A DNA stretch of 64,000 bases, from positions 201,158 to 265,157 of the forward strand of contig JBHLOC010000001.1 in NCBI GenBank assembly GCA_048940925.1, given 5' to 3'. A program made the translations under genes and the position numbers. Below, piece after piece: positions 42,180-53,302 of this stretch. The stretch comes from Promethearchaeota archaeon. GTDB taxonomy: Archaea > Asgardarchaeota > Lokiarchaeia > Sigyniarchaeales > SOKP01. Positions within the stretch are counted from its first letter, which is position 1. Every line of letters begins with the position of its first letter. The notes beneath the pieces are model-generated. The model made no database searches. It was not told the origin of the DNA and was given only the letters and a program-made list of their open reading frames with translations.

Positions 42180-42713
42180 CTATTTTTTCTTTTTAATAAA
42201 TGCAATATCTCCTAAAGATGATCCTTTAGATTTTTTAATGAATTTGTTCTGCTGAGTAATAGATTCAAAATCATTAATTTTCTCCAATAGGTTTATATTA
42301 AATACTTTTCCTATTTTTTTAGCTAATTTAATCGTCGGTTTAACTTTTCTGGATTCAATTCTTCTTATTAAAGAAGGTTTCTCATTCATTTTATGAGCAA
42401 ATTGATCTTGATTTAGTCGAAGTTTAAGTCTAATTTCTCTTATTTTTTTATCGTAGTCTTGAATAATTTCTAAATTGTCAATATTATTTTTTTTATAGTT
42501 TATTTTTCTCGAAATTTGTGTTGACTTTTGGTGATATGAACTTCTAGCTTTTATTGGCGTTGTTGATTTATGAATTTTTGTCCCATGTTGGGCACAATTA
42601 TGACATACAGTAATTTTAGCACCTTCTAGTAATACTCTTTGCCCTTTTCCCCAAATTATGCTACCACATATAGGGCATTCCTTATCTATTTCATTATATT
42701 TAGATTTTGGCAT
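42180..42713 (-). CDS. mbf1: Archaeal multiprotein bridging factor aMBF1
   Basis: CPICG..EGAKITVCHNC zinc ribbon + HTH, SLGD tail. Confidence 0.9.
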   Translation of the reverse strand: MPKSKYNEIDKECPICGSIIWGKGQRVLLEGAKITVCHNCAQHGTKIHKSTTPIKARSSYHQKSTQISRKINYKKNNIDNLEIIQDYDKKIREIRLKLRLNQDQFAHKMNEKPSLIRRIESRKVKPTIKLAKKIGKVFNINLLEKINDFESITQQNKFIKKSKGSSLGDIAFIKKKK

Positions 42714-42959
42714 AAAGTTCTTTTTTTTGTTTTCAAATGAAAGAATCTTATTATATGTAAAAATTTTATTGAAGAACTCAAATAATTTACGGTTAGATCA
42801 ATGTTATATTTTATAATCTATAAATTTTTTAAAAAACGAGATTTTTAAGTAGGTGTAAACTACTAACCTTAAATTTAAATGATTAAAAGTTTATTATTAA
42901 ATTAAAACATTTTCTTGAATAATTAAAAAATAAGTAAGAGAAGAAGGGGTATAATCTTA

Positions 42960-44168
42960 TTGACTACGACAAAGGATAAGAGGAAAAGAGAAGAAGGTAA
43001 AGATGGAGAGTATTTAATAACATATACCAGACATCTCGAAAAAAGACTTCGAAACTTAGAAACTGAAAAACAATTATTAGATGCTGAAAGGTTAAGATTA
43101 GAACAAGAATTACACAGCTTAAGAAATGAGATTGATAGATTAAGAGAACCACCTTTAGTTTCAGCTACTATTATAGATTTCCTAGATGATAAGGGAAGAG
43201 CAATTGTAAAAAGTTCAACTGGCCCTAGTTTTGTGGTAAATGCTAGCCGAAAGGTAAAGAATGAAAAATTATCTCCAGGGATGAGAGTTGCATTAAATCA
43301 GAGAACATTTGCAATTATGGAAGTTTTACCAACCAAATTAGATCCTTTTGTTAAAGGTATGGAAGTAATTGATTCTATTCCAGATATTTCATATGCTGAT
43401 GTGGGGGGTCTTGAAGATCAAATGCAAGAAGTTAGAGAAACAGTAGAACTTCCATTAAAAAAACCACACTTATTTATAAAAATCGGAATTGAACCCCCTA
43501 AAGGTGTTTTGCTTTTTGGTGCTCCTGGTACCGGAAAAACTTTATTAGCAAAAGCCGTAGCCCATGAAACAGAAGCAACGTTTATAAGAATTATTGGATC
43601 TGAACTAGTTCAGAAATTCATTGGTGAAGGTGCTCGTCTAGTGAGGGAAATATTTAATTTGGCAAAAGAAAAAGCCCCTACTATTTTATTTATTGATGAA
43701 TTAGATGCAATAGGCTCTCAAAGATTGAAAATTGCTACTTCGGGAGATAGAGAAGTCCAAAGAACACTCATGCAATTACTGAGCGAACTAGATGGTTTTG
43801 AACAAAGAGGAGATGTCAAAATAATTGGGGCAACGAATAGAATTGATATCTTAGATCCAGCATTATTAAGACCTGGAAGATTTGATCGTATGATAGATTT
43901 CCCAATTCCAGATGAAGATGCACGAAAAGCGATATTTAAAATTCATACAAGAAAACTTAATATTGAGGAAAATTTAGAATTTAATAAATTAGTGGGTTTA
44001 ACAGAAGGAGCAACTGGAGCTGATATAAAGGCAATTTGCACAGAAGCAGGAATGTTTGCCATTAGGAAAGAAGCAGAAGTAATTGAACATAAAGACTTTT
44101 ATGATGCCATAAATAAAGTAATGAATAAAGTTAAAGATAAATGTATAGAATCTCGACTATATTCATAA
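42960..44168 (+). CDS. pan: Proteasome-activating nucleotidase
   Basis: N-terminal coiled coil + [24 protein letters not shown]-terminal HbYX (LYS). Confidence 0.96.
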   Translation: MTTTKDKRKREEGKDGEYLITYTRHLEKRLRNLETEKQLLDAERLRLEQELHSLRNEIDRLREPPLVSATIIDFLDDKGRAIVKSSTGPSFVVNASRKVKNEKLSPGMRVALNQRTFAIMEVLPTKLDPFVKGMEVIDSIPDISYADVGGLEDQMQEVRETVELPLKKPHLFIKIGIEPPKGVLLFGAPGTGKTLLAKAVAHETEATFIRIIGSELVQKFIGEGARLVREIFNLAKEKAPTILFIDELDAIGSQRLKIATSGDREVQRTLMQLLSELDGFEQRGDVKIIGATNRIDILDPALLRPGRFDRMIDFPIPDEDARKAIFKIHTRKLNIEENLEFNKLVGLTEGATGADIKAICTEAGMFAIRKEAEVIEHKDFYDAINKVMNKVKDKCIESRLYS

Positions 44169-44226
44169 TCTTTTTTTGGATATTATTTTTTAATTCAGTT
44201 TTTTTAATTAAAAAATAGTTTGTTTT

Positions 44227-44718
44227 ATGGAAAGTAAAAAATTATTAGATTTACGAACAGTTAAGGCAATTTCAGATTATCAATTTGGAAAAGATATAAC
44301 AGATATACTTATAAATGATATTAAAAATATTCATATAGAAAAATCTCCTAATACAAATAAGATTAGATATATTTATGACAAAAACAATTTAATTCTTATT
44401 TTAAGACCCACAAATGGTTTGTTTTCATTAACATTAGTTTCTGCTATAAAAATTATTGATAAAGCTCCTACTCCAAAATTAAGAGCTATTGTGTTAAATG
44501 ATATTTCTGATTTTATAAAAAAAGGGAGAAATGTCTTCTGTAAACATGTGGTTGAAATTGATGACAATTTGAGACCTTTAGATGAAATTATAGTAGTTAA
44601 TCAAAATGAAGAGTTATTAGCTATTGGAAAATTAAAATTACCAGTATCTTTTGTTAAATCTTTTTCAAGTGGGGTTGCTATAAGGATTCGAAAGGGAATT
44701 TATAAATCAAAAATTTAA
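44227..44718 (+). CDS. PUA-domain protein (archaeosine TGT C-terminal-like)
   Basis: DYQFG, GRNVFCKHV, LLAIGK. Confidence 0.85.
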   Translation: MESKKLLDLRTVKAISDYQFGKDITDILINDIKNIHIEKSPNTNKIRYIYDKNNLILILRPTNGLFSLTLVSAIKIIDKAPTPKLRAIVLNDISDFIKKGRNVFCKHVVEIDDNLRPLDEIIVVNQNEELLAIGKLKLPVSFVKSFSSGVAIRIRKGIYKSKI

Positions 44719-44760
44719 AATTCTACTTCATTTATTAGTATATATAAAATTTTTTCAAGA

Positions 44761-45249
44761 GTGAAAAATTTGGTGAAACTTCCAAAAGAAATGCGGGATA
44801 AGGTAAAGAGTAAACCGAAACGACCTACATCAGTTGTAAAACGGGATAGTTCTCAGTTTGGAAGCAGACAGATGCGTAGAAAAATGCAGCAACAAGGAAT
44901 AGATATGGATCAAGTGAATGCCACACGAGTAATTATTGAATGCACTGAGAAAACATTAGTATTAGATCAGCCAGAAGTTATTTTAATGAAACAGGGTGGT
45001 CAGGAGATATATCAAGTGATAGGACAAGCTGAAGAATATACTCCAGACAACTTTACAATTGCTTCTAGAGAAGAAATTGAAGATCAGGAGCCCTTAGAGG
45101 ATTCTGAATTAAAACCTACAATAACAGAAAATGATATCATGTTGGTTGCTGCCCAAGCAAATGTAGCTAAAGAAGAAGCAGAAGCTGTATTAAAAGAATG
45201 TAATGGTGATATTGCTAAAGCAATTCTGTATCTAAAAAATAGACCTTAA
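44761..45249 (+). CDS. nac: Nascent polypeptide-associated complex protein
   Basis: RQMRRKMQQQGI, YQVIG, UBA-like DIMLVA..GDIAKAI. Confidence 0.92.
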   Translation: MKNLVKLPKEMRDKVKSKPKRPTSVVKRDSSQFGSRQMRRKMQQQGIDMDQVNATRVIIECTEKTLVLDQPEVILMKQGGQEIYQVIGQAEEYTPDNFTIASREEIEDQEPLEDSELKPTITENDIMLVAAQANVAKEEAEAVLKECNGDIAKAILYLKNRP

Positions 45250-45325
45250 TTGTGTATTAAAAAAATAATAAAAATTAAGAATTATCCAATTTTTAATATT
45301 CAAAAGTAATAATTTTCAAATAATT

Positions 45326-45679
45326 ATGTCAAAAGTAAAGAAGAAACGTATTGAACGATCAACCACTATTTCAGATTTAGATGTTAAATTTGAAAAAATT
45401 ATTCAATTTTCTGGTTGGATATTCTTACTTGTTCTTGGATGTTTCGTGGGTGGTTGGGTAATTTTTGATTATATTTTGAATATTATTGATTTAAGTATAA
45501 ATGCTATGACATTTACCACAATTATTTTTATGGCTACTAATTCGGCAATTAGTTTTGGGGTTGCTGCCAAAATAAAAAGTAATCGAGCTAACAAAAAATC
45601 ATATTTTCATGATTGGTTACTAGGAGAATTCTTATTTTGTGTGTTTGCTATTTTTGCTGTAGCAGCATACCAATGGTAA
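45326..45679 (+). CDS. Small membrane protein
   Basis: Three hydrophobic segments. Confidence 0.75.
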   Translation: MSKVKKKRIERSTTISDLDVKFEKIIQFSGWIFLLVLGCFVGGWVIFDYILNIIDLSINAMTFTTIIFMATNSAISFGVAAKIKSNRANKKSYFHDWLLGEFLFCVFAIFAVAAYQW

Positions 45680-45712
45680 TTCTTTCTCTTATTTTTGTAG
45701 TTTAGAAAAGAA

Positions 45713-46042
45713 TTATTTATAATCTTCCCTCGCTGGATTAAAAATATCAATTACTTCTGAATCTTCTAATATCGATGCTCCGTGTTTTACATTAGAATCA
45801 AAAATATAACTATCTCCCTCTTTAACTACAAATTCACCCTTTTCTGTAAAGAATTTTAATTTACCTCTAATTACATATCCGACTTGATGTTCCTTATGAT
45901 TATGTAATGGCACTTCTGTATCTTTTTTAAGGTAAAAGTGGCATAACATAATATTACGGTTATATGCTAAAGTTCTTCTATAAATTCCCTTGAAAACTTG
46001 TATAGGGTCGACACATTTCTTACTTACATGATTTTTATTCAT
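45713..46042 (-). CDS. Cupin domain protein
   Basis: PLHNHKEHQ..G, GDSY..H, DIFNPAREDY. Confidence 0.9.
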   Translation of the reverse strand: MNKNHVSKKCVDPIQVFKGIYRRTLAYNRNIMLCHFYLKKDTEVPLHNHKEHQVGYVIRGKLKFFTEKGEFVVKEGDSYIFDSNVKHGASILEDSEVIDIFNPAREDYK

Positions 46043-46479
46043 TTTTCACTTTACCTTTTTACTTATTTATCATACCCTAGTTATTTTTTATTTAAAAATA
46101 CTCAATATTAATACAATTTAAAATATAAATAAAAAGGATTTTTGAAAATAAACATTTTTTACGACAATTTTAGAAGGTTGAAACTATTATTGAAGAAGAT
46201 TTCTTTATTCATCTATAATTCTGAAAAATTCTCAAATAACTCATGAATAAAATTAACCATCAACTAAAAATCAAATAAGGAGTTAATAAATTAAGTTTAA
46301 ATTGGAAAAATGAATAAATTTTTATATCAAAAGAGGTAAAATATTAACGATAATAAAGAAATAATAATTTTCTCAGTTCAGATCACGTCACCGACAAAAT
46401 TCTATATTTTCAAGAATCGTAAATTATTGTTCTTTATTGTTAAAGATAGTTTGAAATTGAAAAAAGAGATGTTAAAACA

Positions 46480-48615
46480 TTGGTATTGTTATCAGATCCT
46501 AAAACTATAAGGGAAAAAGACAGTGAAAAAATAAAACGGAATTATTTAACAAAATTATTACCAAAAGTTTTTAGAACTGAGGGTGATATTGTACCTTTTG
46601 AACCAGTCAAGATTGAAGACAGTCTTATTAGAGAAACTGGTTTAGACCAAAAGTCTGCTGATAGGATTACTGAACTTGTTGTCAGAAGAATAATTTCTTC
46701 AGGTATTAAATTTTTATCAGGTCCGCATATTAGAGAAATTGTTTGCTCAATTTTATCAGAACAACATTTTGAAGAGGAACGTAAAATATACACTAGAATT
46801 GGAATGCCTTTAATGGATTATGAAGCTATTTTAGAATATGGGATAGATGAAAATGCAAATCAAGATATGAACCCTGAAAGCATTCATCATTGGGCAGCAA
46901 ATCGGATCTCTGATGAATATGCATTATTAAGAATTTTAGATTCAGAAGAAGCACAAGCTCATTTATTTGGTGACCTTCATGTTCACATGCTTCGGTATTT
47001 TGATTTGAGACCATTCTGTCAAGAATGGGATCCCCGGATGATTCTTGAAAATGGATTACCACCTGTAGAGAGTTGGGCTCATTGTAGTAAGTCTGGTCCC
47101 GCGGGGAGTTTACGTGTGGCTGTTACTCATCTAGCAAAATGGTTAGGGATCATTCAAGGTGAATTTAGTGGCGGTCAGGGATATGATTATATAACCACAT
47201 TTTTAGCTCCTTATGCATGTGGTATTTCTGATAGAGAAATAGAACAATCAATGCAATGTTTAATTTTTGAAACTAATCAAATTTTCGCAGCAAGAGGAGG
47301 ACAAGTTCCATTTACATCAATCTCTTGTACTCCAACAATACCAGATGGTTTATTAAATATACCTGCAGTTGGACCTCATGGAAAAATAAAAGGAACTTAT
47401 GGAGATTATAAAGATGAATGTCTTAAACTTTTTGATGCTTTAACTGACATATATATTCAAGGTGACCATAATGGAAAACTTTTTGCTTTCCCAAAACATG
47501 AGATTAAAATTAAAAAAGAATGGTTAAGTGAATTTGAACCCTCCTATTTAAAACTAATGGAAGAAGTCGCAACAATGGGAACTCCATATTTCCTTAATAT
47601 GTGTCCAGATTGGATGCCTGACGAAATTCATAGTCAATGTTGTAGAAAGTTTTTAAGTGGAAATCAAATAATAGAACAATGTATCTTGGATCCAGAAAAA
47701 AGAAAAAATGCTAATATATGGGAAAATTATGTTACAATTGGTTCATTACAAAGTGTTAGTGTAAATTTACCTCGGTATGCTTATCTTTCCAAAGATATAG
47801 ATGATTATTTTACATTGTTAGATGAGAAAATAGAACTTTCAGCTAGAATTCTTAGAAAAAAGTGGAATTTAATGGAAAAAAGATTAAAAACAGGTCATTT
47901 ACCTTTATGCAGTGGAAAAATTCATGGCAAACCGATTTTCAATATTAATGATCAAAATCTTTCAATAGGTTTTACAGGATTAAATGAAGCGGTGAAAAGT
48001 CTTTGTGGATATGAATTACATGAAAATGATACTGCTTATGAATTAGGGAAAAAAATATTAAGTTATATGGTTGCTAAATGTAATAGTATGACAGAAAGAG
48101 ATAATAAATATTATTCTCTTTGGGAACAACCAAGTGAATCTAGCTCTGGACGATTTGCTAGATTGGATTTGAAACACTTTCCAAAAAAAGCGATTCCTCA
48201 ATCACAAGGTAATACAGCATATTATACAAATTCTGATCATTTTAGATATGATGCAAATATTTCTTTATCAGAAAGAATTAAAAAACAGGGTGAATTTCAC
48301 CCGATAGTAAATGGAGGAGTTATAACTCACATTTGGCTTGGTGAGCAAAAGCCAGATATTAATGCTTTATGGGAACTCACTAAGAATATCTGCCTTAATA
48401 CGAATACTGCATACTTTGCTTATACAATTGATTTCATTTATTGCCCCTCATGTAGAAAGATGATTAAAGGTACTCAATTTAGTTGTCCAATATGCTATTC
48501 TGAAGAGGTAAAAGTATATTCCCGAGTCACAGGATATTACAGCGAAGTGAATAGATATAATCCCGGTAAAAAAGCCGAATGGCACGCTCGTAAACGAGAA
48601 TATCTTATTCATTAA
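46480..48615 (+). CDS. nrdD: Anaerobic (class III) ribonucleoside-triphosphate reductase with ATP cone
   Basis: N-terminal ATP cone, SGGQG, SQCC, YYTNS, CPSC..CPIC, SRVTGY glycyl-radical motif. Confidence 0.95.
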   Translation: MVLLSDPKTIREKDSEKIKRNYLTKLLPKVFRTEGDIVPFEPVKIEDSLIRETGLDQKSADRITELVVRRIISSGIKFLSGPHIREIVCSILSEQHFEEERKIYTRIGMPLMDYEAILEYGIDENANQDMNPESIHHWAANRISDEYALLRILDSEEAQAHLFGDLHVHMLRYFDLRPFCQEWDPRMILENGLPPVESWAHCSKSGPAGSLRVAVTHLAKWLGIIQGEFSGGQGYDYITTFLAPYACGISDREIEQSMQCLIFETNQIFAARGGQVPFTSISCTPTIPDGLLNIPAVGPHGKIKGTYGDYKDECLKLFDALTDIYIQGDHNGKLFAFPKHEIKIKKEWLSEFEPSYLKLMEEVATMGTPYFLNMCPDWMPDEIHSQCCRKFLSGNQIIEQCILDPEKRKNANIWENYVTIGSLQSVSVNLPRYAYLSKDIDDYFTLLDEKIELSARILRKKWNLMEKRLKTGHLPLCSGKIHGKPIFNINDQNLSIGFTGLNEAVKSLCGYELHENDTAYELGKKILSYMVAKCNSMTERDNKYYSLWEQPSESSSGRFARLDLKHFPKKAIPQSQGNTAYYTNSDHFRYDANISLSERIKKQGEFHPIVNGGVITHIWLGEQKPDINALWELTKNICLNTNTAYFAYTIDFIYCPSCRKMIKGTQFSCPICYSEEVKVYSRVTGYYSEVNRYNPGKKAEWHARKREYLIH

Positions 48616-48661
48616 TTAATAATTTTTTATTTTTTATATATTATCGTATATTATTCTATAT

Positions 48662-48988
48662 ATGGTAAAAGAGAATTCTTTAATTGAAATTCAAAATTCA
48701 GTTGATCAATGGATTCGCCAATATGGTGGATATTGGTCTCCATCATCAATGATATGTGCCATTATGGAAGAGCTAGGAGAAGTAGCTAGGGAAGTTAATT
48801 CTCTTGAAGGATATAAACCAAAAAAGTCGAATCAATTGAATTCAAATTTAGGGGAGGAATTAGCTGATCTTCTTTTTTCTATAATTTGCATCGCTAATTA
48901 TTACAAAGTCGATTTAGGGAAAGAATTGAATAAAGTGATTAATAAATACTCCAAGAGAGATTCTAAACGATTTCTAGATTTAAAATAG
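48662..48988 (+). CDS. MazG-like nucleotide pyrophosphohydrolase
   Basis: EELGEVA..EELAD..RD. Confidence 0.9.
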   Translation: MVKENSLIEIQNSVDQWIRQYGGYWSPSSMICAIMEELGEVAREVNSLEGYKPKKSNQLNSNLGEELADLLFSIICIANYYKVDLGKELNKVINKYSKRDSKRFLDLK

Positions 48989-49049
48989 TATTCTATTATT
49001 GAATAGAATAAGCTATTAGGAATGGATAATTAATTTATCATTATAGCTT

Positions 49050-50228
49050 ATGTTAAAAGATGGATTAAATAAACAGGAAATTCTTCATATACTAGAAGAA
49101 AAATTAGAATTAGATAAATCATATGATTCAGGATCAATTTTAGGTTCTATGTGCACAGAACCAATTAAACTAGGTATAGAAATATATATGAAATATGTAT
49201 CTAAAAATTTAGGTGATCCTGGACTATTTTTAGGTACACATTCTCTAGAACAAGAATTAATCTCAGAGATAGGTGAACTTTTTGGTGGAAAAAACATAAT
49301 AGGTACTTTTACAACTGGTGGTTCTGAAGCAAATCTAATTGCAATGAGGATTGCTAAGAAGTTGAGACCTGATATAATTAATCCGGAGGTTGTTTTACCT
49401 AAATCTGCACACATTTCATTCGATAAAGCGGCTGATTTACTTGATATAAAACTTCGTAAAGCAGATTTAAACAAAGATTTTACATTAAATATGAATCATT
49501 TTGAGTCTTTAATAAATCAAAAAACATGTGGGGTTGTAGGAATTGCGGGTACTTCATCTTTAGGTTTAGTTGACCCAATTGAAGAGATTGGTAAACTTAC
49601 AGAGGGGAGAGATATCTTCTTTCATATAGATGCAGCATTTGGAGGATTTGTACTACCTTTTTTAAAAAATTTAAACCTTCCAAGCCCTCTTTGGGATTTT
49701 TCAGTTAAATTTGTTGATTCAATTACAGCAGATCCTCATAAGATGGGAATGGGAATAATTCCTACTGGGGGAATTTTTTTAAGAGATAAATCAATCTTAC
49801 AAAAAGTCGGATATGAAATCCCTTATTTAGCCGGTGGAAATTTCAAACATCTTCATATTGTTGGAACAAGATCAGGTGGAACAGTAATTGCATTTTGGGC
49901 AATTCTAAAATCTCTAGGAATAAATGGATTTAACAAAATTGTCGAGAAATGTATGGGAAATACAAATTATTTAGTGAAAAGAATTAGTGAGATTAAAGGA
50001 ATTAGAGTCGCAACCAACCCAGTTATGAATGTTGTAGGTATTACTACTGAAAATGGACAGAGTATATGTAAAATTGATGAAGAACTGAGAAAAAAGAATT
50101 GGATGTTAGGAAAATTCGAAGAATTCAATTTAATTAGAGTTGTGGTAATGCCACACGTTCAAAAAAACCATTTAATTAATTTTATTGAGGATTTAAGGAG
50201 TATTCTTAATAAATTACAAATTTCTTAA
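49050..50228 (+). CDS. mfnA: PLP-dependent tyrosine/aspartate decarboxylase MfnA
   Basis: SMCT, NLGDPGL, TGGSEAN, HIDAAFGG, DPHKM. Confidence 0.92.
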   Translation: MLKDGLNKQEILHILEEKLELDKSYDSGSILGSMCTEPIKLGIEIYMKYVSKNLGDPGLFLGTHSLEQELISEIGELFGGKNIIGTFTTGGSEANLIAMRIAKKLRPDIINPEVVLPKSAHISFDKAADLLDIKLRKADLNKDFTLNMNHFESLINQKTCGVVGIAGTSSLGLVDPIEEIGKLTEGRDIFFHIDAAFGGFVLPFLKNLNLPSPLWDFSVKFVDSITADPHKMGMGIIPTGGIFLRDKSILQKVGYEIPYLAGGNFKHLHIVGTRSGGTVIAFWAILKSLGINGFNKIVEKCMGNTNYLVKRISEIKGIRVATNPVMNVVGITTENGQSICKIDEELRKKNWMLGKFEEFNLIRVVVMPHVQKNHLINFIEDLRSILNKLQIS

Positions 50229-50433
50229 ATGGATTCTCTTTTATTGTTAGAAGCACTTTCTTAAAACTATTCAATTATTAAAGATTTTCCTTATATTATG
50301 GGGATTCTGATAAGGTAATTTCTTAAAATTAAACTCCTCAAATTTATATAAAAGTATATTTAAAACAAATTATTATTTAATATTTAGTAGATAATCACTT
50401 GGGAGTTAAAAATCAAATTAAATTTTTATTATA

Positions 50434-51204
50434 ATGGGGAAAGAAAAAAAATCGCTAGGAATAAAAACAACACGATATTTCACGAAAAATTGTGCTAAGT
50501 GTGGTTTTGAATATCCCAATTGGTTTACTAATTGTCCTAAATGTGGAGCAGCTTGGGATGAATCAGCGGCAGAAACATTCGCAGAGCCTACAGAAACCCA
50601 TAAAAAAACAATTAAAATTGTAGTTAAAATTACAGAAGAAGACTTTAATAAAGCTATTAAAAGTGTAAATTTAATTTTTAGTGCTGATAAGGGAAAAACA
50701 TGGTATCAAATGAAGATGGATAAAAAAATAGATTATTATCTTGTTGAACTTGCTGAAATTCCCATCGGATCTGTTGTTATTTACTACATTGAAGTATATT
50801 TAGAAGATGGAGAAAGGATTATAGAAAATAACAACAACAAATATTTTTATTATAAGGTTGGAATTACTGTTGAAGAAGCTGAAGAAAAACCTTCAGAAAC
50901 AGAAAGGAAGAAGATCGAAGAAGAAATTAAAAAATCTCCAATAAAACCCCAAAAATATTTTAAAGAACCAAAAGAACCAAAATCTTATGTAACAAAAAAT
51001 ATGATTGAGCAATCTACTAAAATTCCTGAAGACACGACTCAATCCGCACATTTAATCGATGTTGAAACTCCATTGTCAAATACTAATACAATTTTTGGTA
51101 AACCACAAACTAAAATTGATCCTGAATTAAAGATTTGCTCTCATTGTAATTCAAAAATTAAAAAAATGTGGAGCATTTGTCCTATTTGTGGGAAATCCCT
51201 TTAA
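50434..51204 (+). CDS. Protein with N- and C-terminal zinc ribbons and central beta-rich domain
   Basis: CAKC..CPKC, VIYYIEV, CSHC..CPIC. Confidence 0.8.
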   Translation: MGKEKKSLGIKTTRYFTKNCAKCGFEYPNWFTNCPKCGAAWDESAAETFAEPTETHKKTIKIVVKITEEDFNKAIKSVNLIFSADKGKTWYQMKMDKKIDYYLVELAEIPIGSVVIYYIEVYLEDGERIIENNNNKYFYYKVGITVEEAEEKPSETERKKIEEEIKKSPIKPQKYFKEPKEPKSYVTKNMIEQSTKIPEDTTQSAHLIDVETPLSNTNTIFGKPQTKIDPELKICSHCNSKIKKMWSICPICGKSL

Positions 51205-51297
51205 TGTTAATCTCAATTTTTAATCAAAAAACCTTTATTTTCAAGTTAAATTAATTATTTAATATTTTACAGAATTGTGATTTCAGATTAAAAATAA

Positions 51298-52974
51298 TTA
51301 TAGTTTATTCCCACATTTATTACAAAAAGCGTAATCAGCTGATAATATTGCACCACATTGTTTACATACTATTATCTCTTTTTTTGAAGGTTTTTGTTGA
51401 GTTTTTTGAGTTGCTGGGGCAGATTGAATTGGAGTAAAACCACTAGCTTGACTTTCTAAGTTAGTTACATTAGGTATGATTCTCAATTTACTAGGTTCTT
51501 GAATTTTTAATTCTTCCCCTGCTGAAAATGGAACGAATGGAGAAGTAGAAGCTTCTTCTGATTTTTGAGTTAAAGCTTGAAAAAGAGTAGACTGTTCAGA
51601 TGTTTCAGTTTGAGCTGTAGGGATGCGCTCTGATACAGAAGGTTGAGATTCAACATGATTTAAATTTTCTTTCTTATCTTTCTTTGGTTTCTCTTTCTTT
51701 TCTTTCTTAGCTTTTTTCATATCATCAATTAATTTTTGTTGTTTTTCTTTCTCTGCCTGAATTCTTTTCTCTTTTTCTTCTTTCTTTTTCTGTTTTTCAA
51801 TTTTTTTTTTCTCTTTCTTAGATAAAATAGGCTCAGGCATATAATCCACTAATGATTGAGATTTGGATTTATTAGTATCTTGCGCTACAAGAAAAGGAGT
51901 AGTTTTTTCAGAGGATTTCTCTATTGATGTTAAATTCTGATTTGATTGAAATTCCTTGGGTGCTGGTGCGGGAACAGGAACATTTGATGTGAAAGGAGCA
52001 GCTCTTGGTTTATATGTTTCACCACTTGTAGCTGCTTGGAAAGAAGTGATTCTAGATGTCGTTTGTTCTCGTAGTTTTTCTTCAGCTAATATTTCTTCTG
52101 GGGTTTTAAATTCAAAATCAGTTGGTGTTTTTTCCATTTCCATTATAGGTTCTGGAATTGGGATTTCAGGTTCAAACTCAGATTCAAATGTAGATTTAGA
52201 TTCGGAAGACTTCACAGAAATAGGTTCAGGAACTGGGGGAGCCGAATAATCAAACTCTGGTTCTGGTTCAAACTTACTACTAGAATGTTGTTTTTCATCT
52301 ATCATAGGTTCAGGAACTGGGGGAGCCGAATAATCAAATTCCGATTTTATTTGAGGTATTGATGGTATAGAAGTCGCCGAAGTCGTGATAGGAACATGAC
52401 CAGGTTGATAAACAACACCACTCGAGATAAGTTGATCTGGAACCCCAGAACCTATCATTAAGCAAGCAAGTATGTAAAAACAGTCCCCAACCCCTTCACC
52501 AGTTTTGGCTGAAGTTTCCATATAATATAAGTTAAAATTATTAGTAAACTTATTGATCTCCTCTAAAGAGATAGCTCTTTGATCAAATAAATCACTTTTA
52601 TTTCCTACAAGTAAGAGTGGAATCTCAGTTTTCACATTTACTCTAATTTCTTCTATCCATCCAGGTAAATGCTCAAAACTTGCTGAATTTGTTAAGTCAA
52701 AAATTAATAATGCTCCTAAGGAACCCCTATAATACATAGGTCTTATCGAACTGAAACGTTCTTGACCTCCAGTATCCCATATCTGTAATTTTGCACGTAT
52801 AGGTCCCTCATCAGTATCGATTGTAATTGTTTTTACATGAAAATCGACTCCAATAGTCATTTTGTAGTCTTCAGTGAAAAATCCTTTTGAAAATCGTAAA
52901 GTTAGTGCTGTCTTTCCTACCCCTCCATCTCCTACAACAATCGATTTGAAAAGATAATCATATTCTTCAGCCAT
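51298..52974 (-). CDS. Rab-like GTPase with long Pro-rich tail and C-terminal zinc ribbon
   Basis: EYDYLFK, GDGGVGKT, TIGVDF, WDTGGQERF, NKSD, ETSAK; CKQC..CNKC. Confidence 0.93.
   Translation of the reverse strand: MAEEYDYLFKSIVVGDGGVGKTALTLRFSKGFFTEDYKMTIGVDFHVKTITIDTDEGPIRAKLQIWDTGGQERFSSIRPMYYRGSLGALLIFDLTNSASFEHLPGWIEEIRVNVKTEIPLLLVGNKSDLFDQRAISLEEINKFTNNFNLYYMETSAKTGEGVGDCFYILACLMIGSGVPDQLISSGVVYQPGHVPITTSATSIPSIPQIKSEFDYSAPPVPEPMIDEKQHSSSKFEPEPEFDYSAPPVPEPISVKSSESKSTFESEFEPEIPIPEPIMEMEKTPTDFEFKTPEEILAEEKLREQTTSRITSFQAATSGETYKPRAAPFTSNVPVPAPAPKEFQSNQNLTSIEKSSEKTTPFLVAQDTNKSKSQSLVDYMPEPILSKKEKKKIEKQKKKEEKEKRIQAEKEKQQKLIDDMKKAKKEKKEKPKKDKKENLNHVESQPSVSERIPTAQTETSEQSTLFQALTQKSEEASTSPFVPFSAGEELKIQEPSKLRIIPNVTNLESQASGFTPIQSAPATQKTQQKPSKKEIIVCKQCGAILSADYAFCNKCGNKL
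52220..52338. repeat. 35-bp identical direct repeat (52220-52254, 52304-52338) within two EFDYSAPPVPEP copies
   Basis: ATAGGTTCAGGAACTGGGGGAGCCGAATAATCAAA read twice. Confidence 0.9.
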
Positions 52975-53302
52975 TACATGCTCACTGCTTCCAAATTAAA
53001 TTAACATATTTATGAAATTTTTCTAAAAAGTTATATCTTATTTATATTATAACTATAAATACAAATTTATAATTTTATTTATATGCTTTCAACGATATTC
53101 CGTGATTTTGCTAATAATAAATTAAGATATCTTTATATTATTTCCTTTTAAAATCTACGAGAAAGTTTTGCCCTAATATTAAGCAAATGAAAAATTTAGC
53201 TCAAATTAACCAAATATAACTCCTTTGATTTCAAATATAATTACTTCCTTTATAATAAGGTTTTTTATTTAAGGTTCATATTCTTTTTTTACATGTTTAG
53301 AT

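Noticed and set aside
46043-46479. NrdR-box or ncRNA upstream of nrdD
   Set aside because: No convincing palindrome or structured GC-rich segment.
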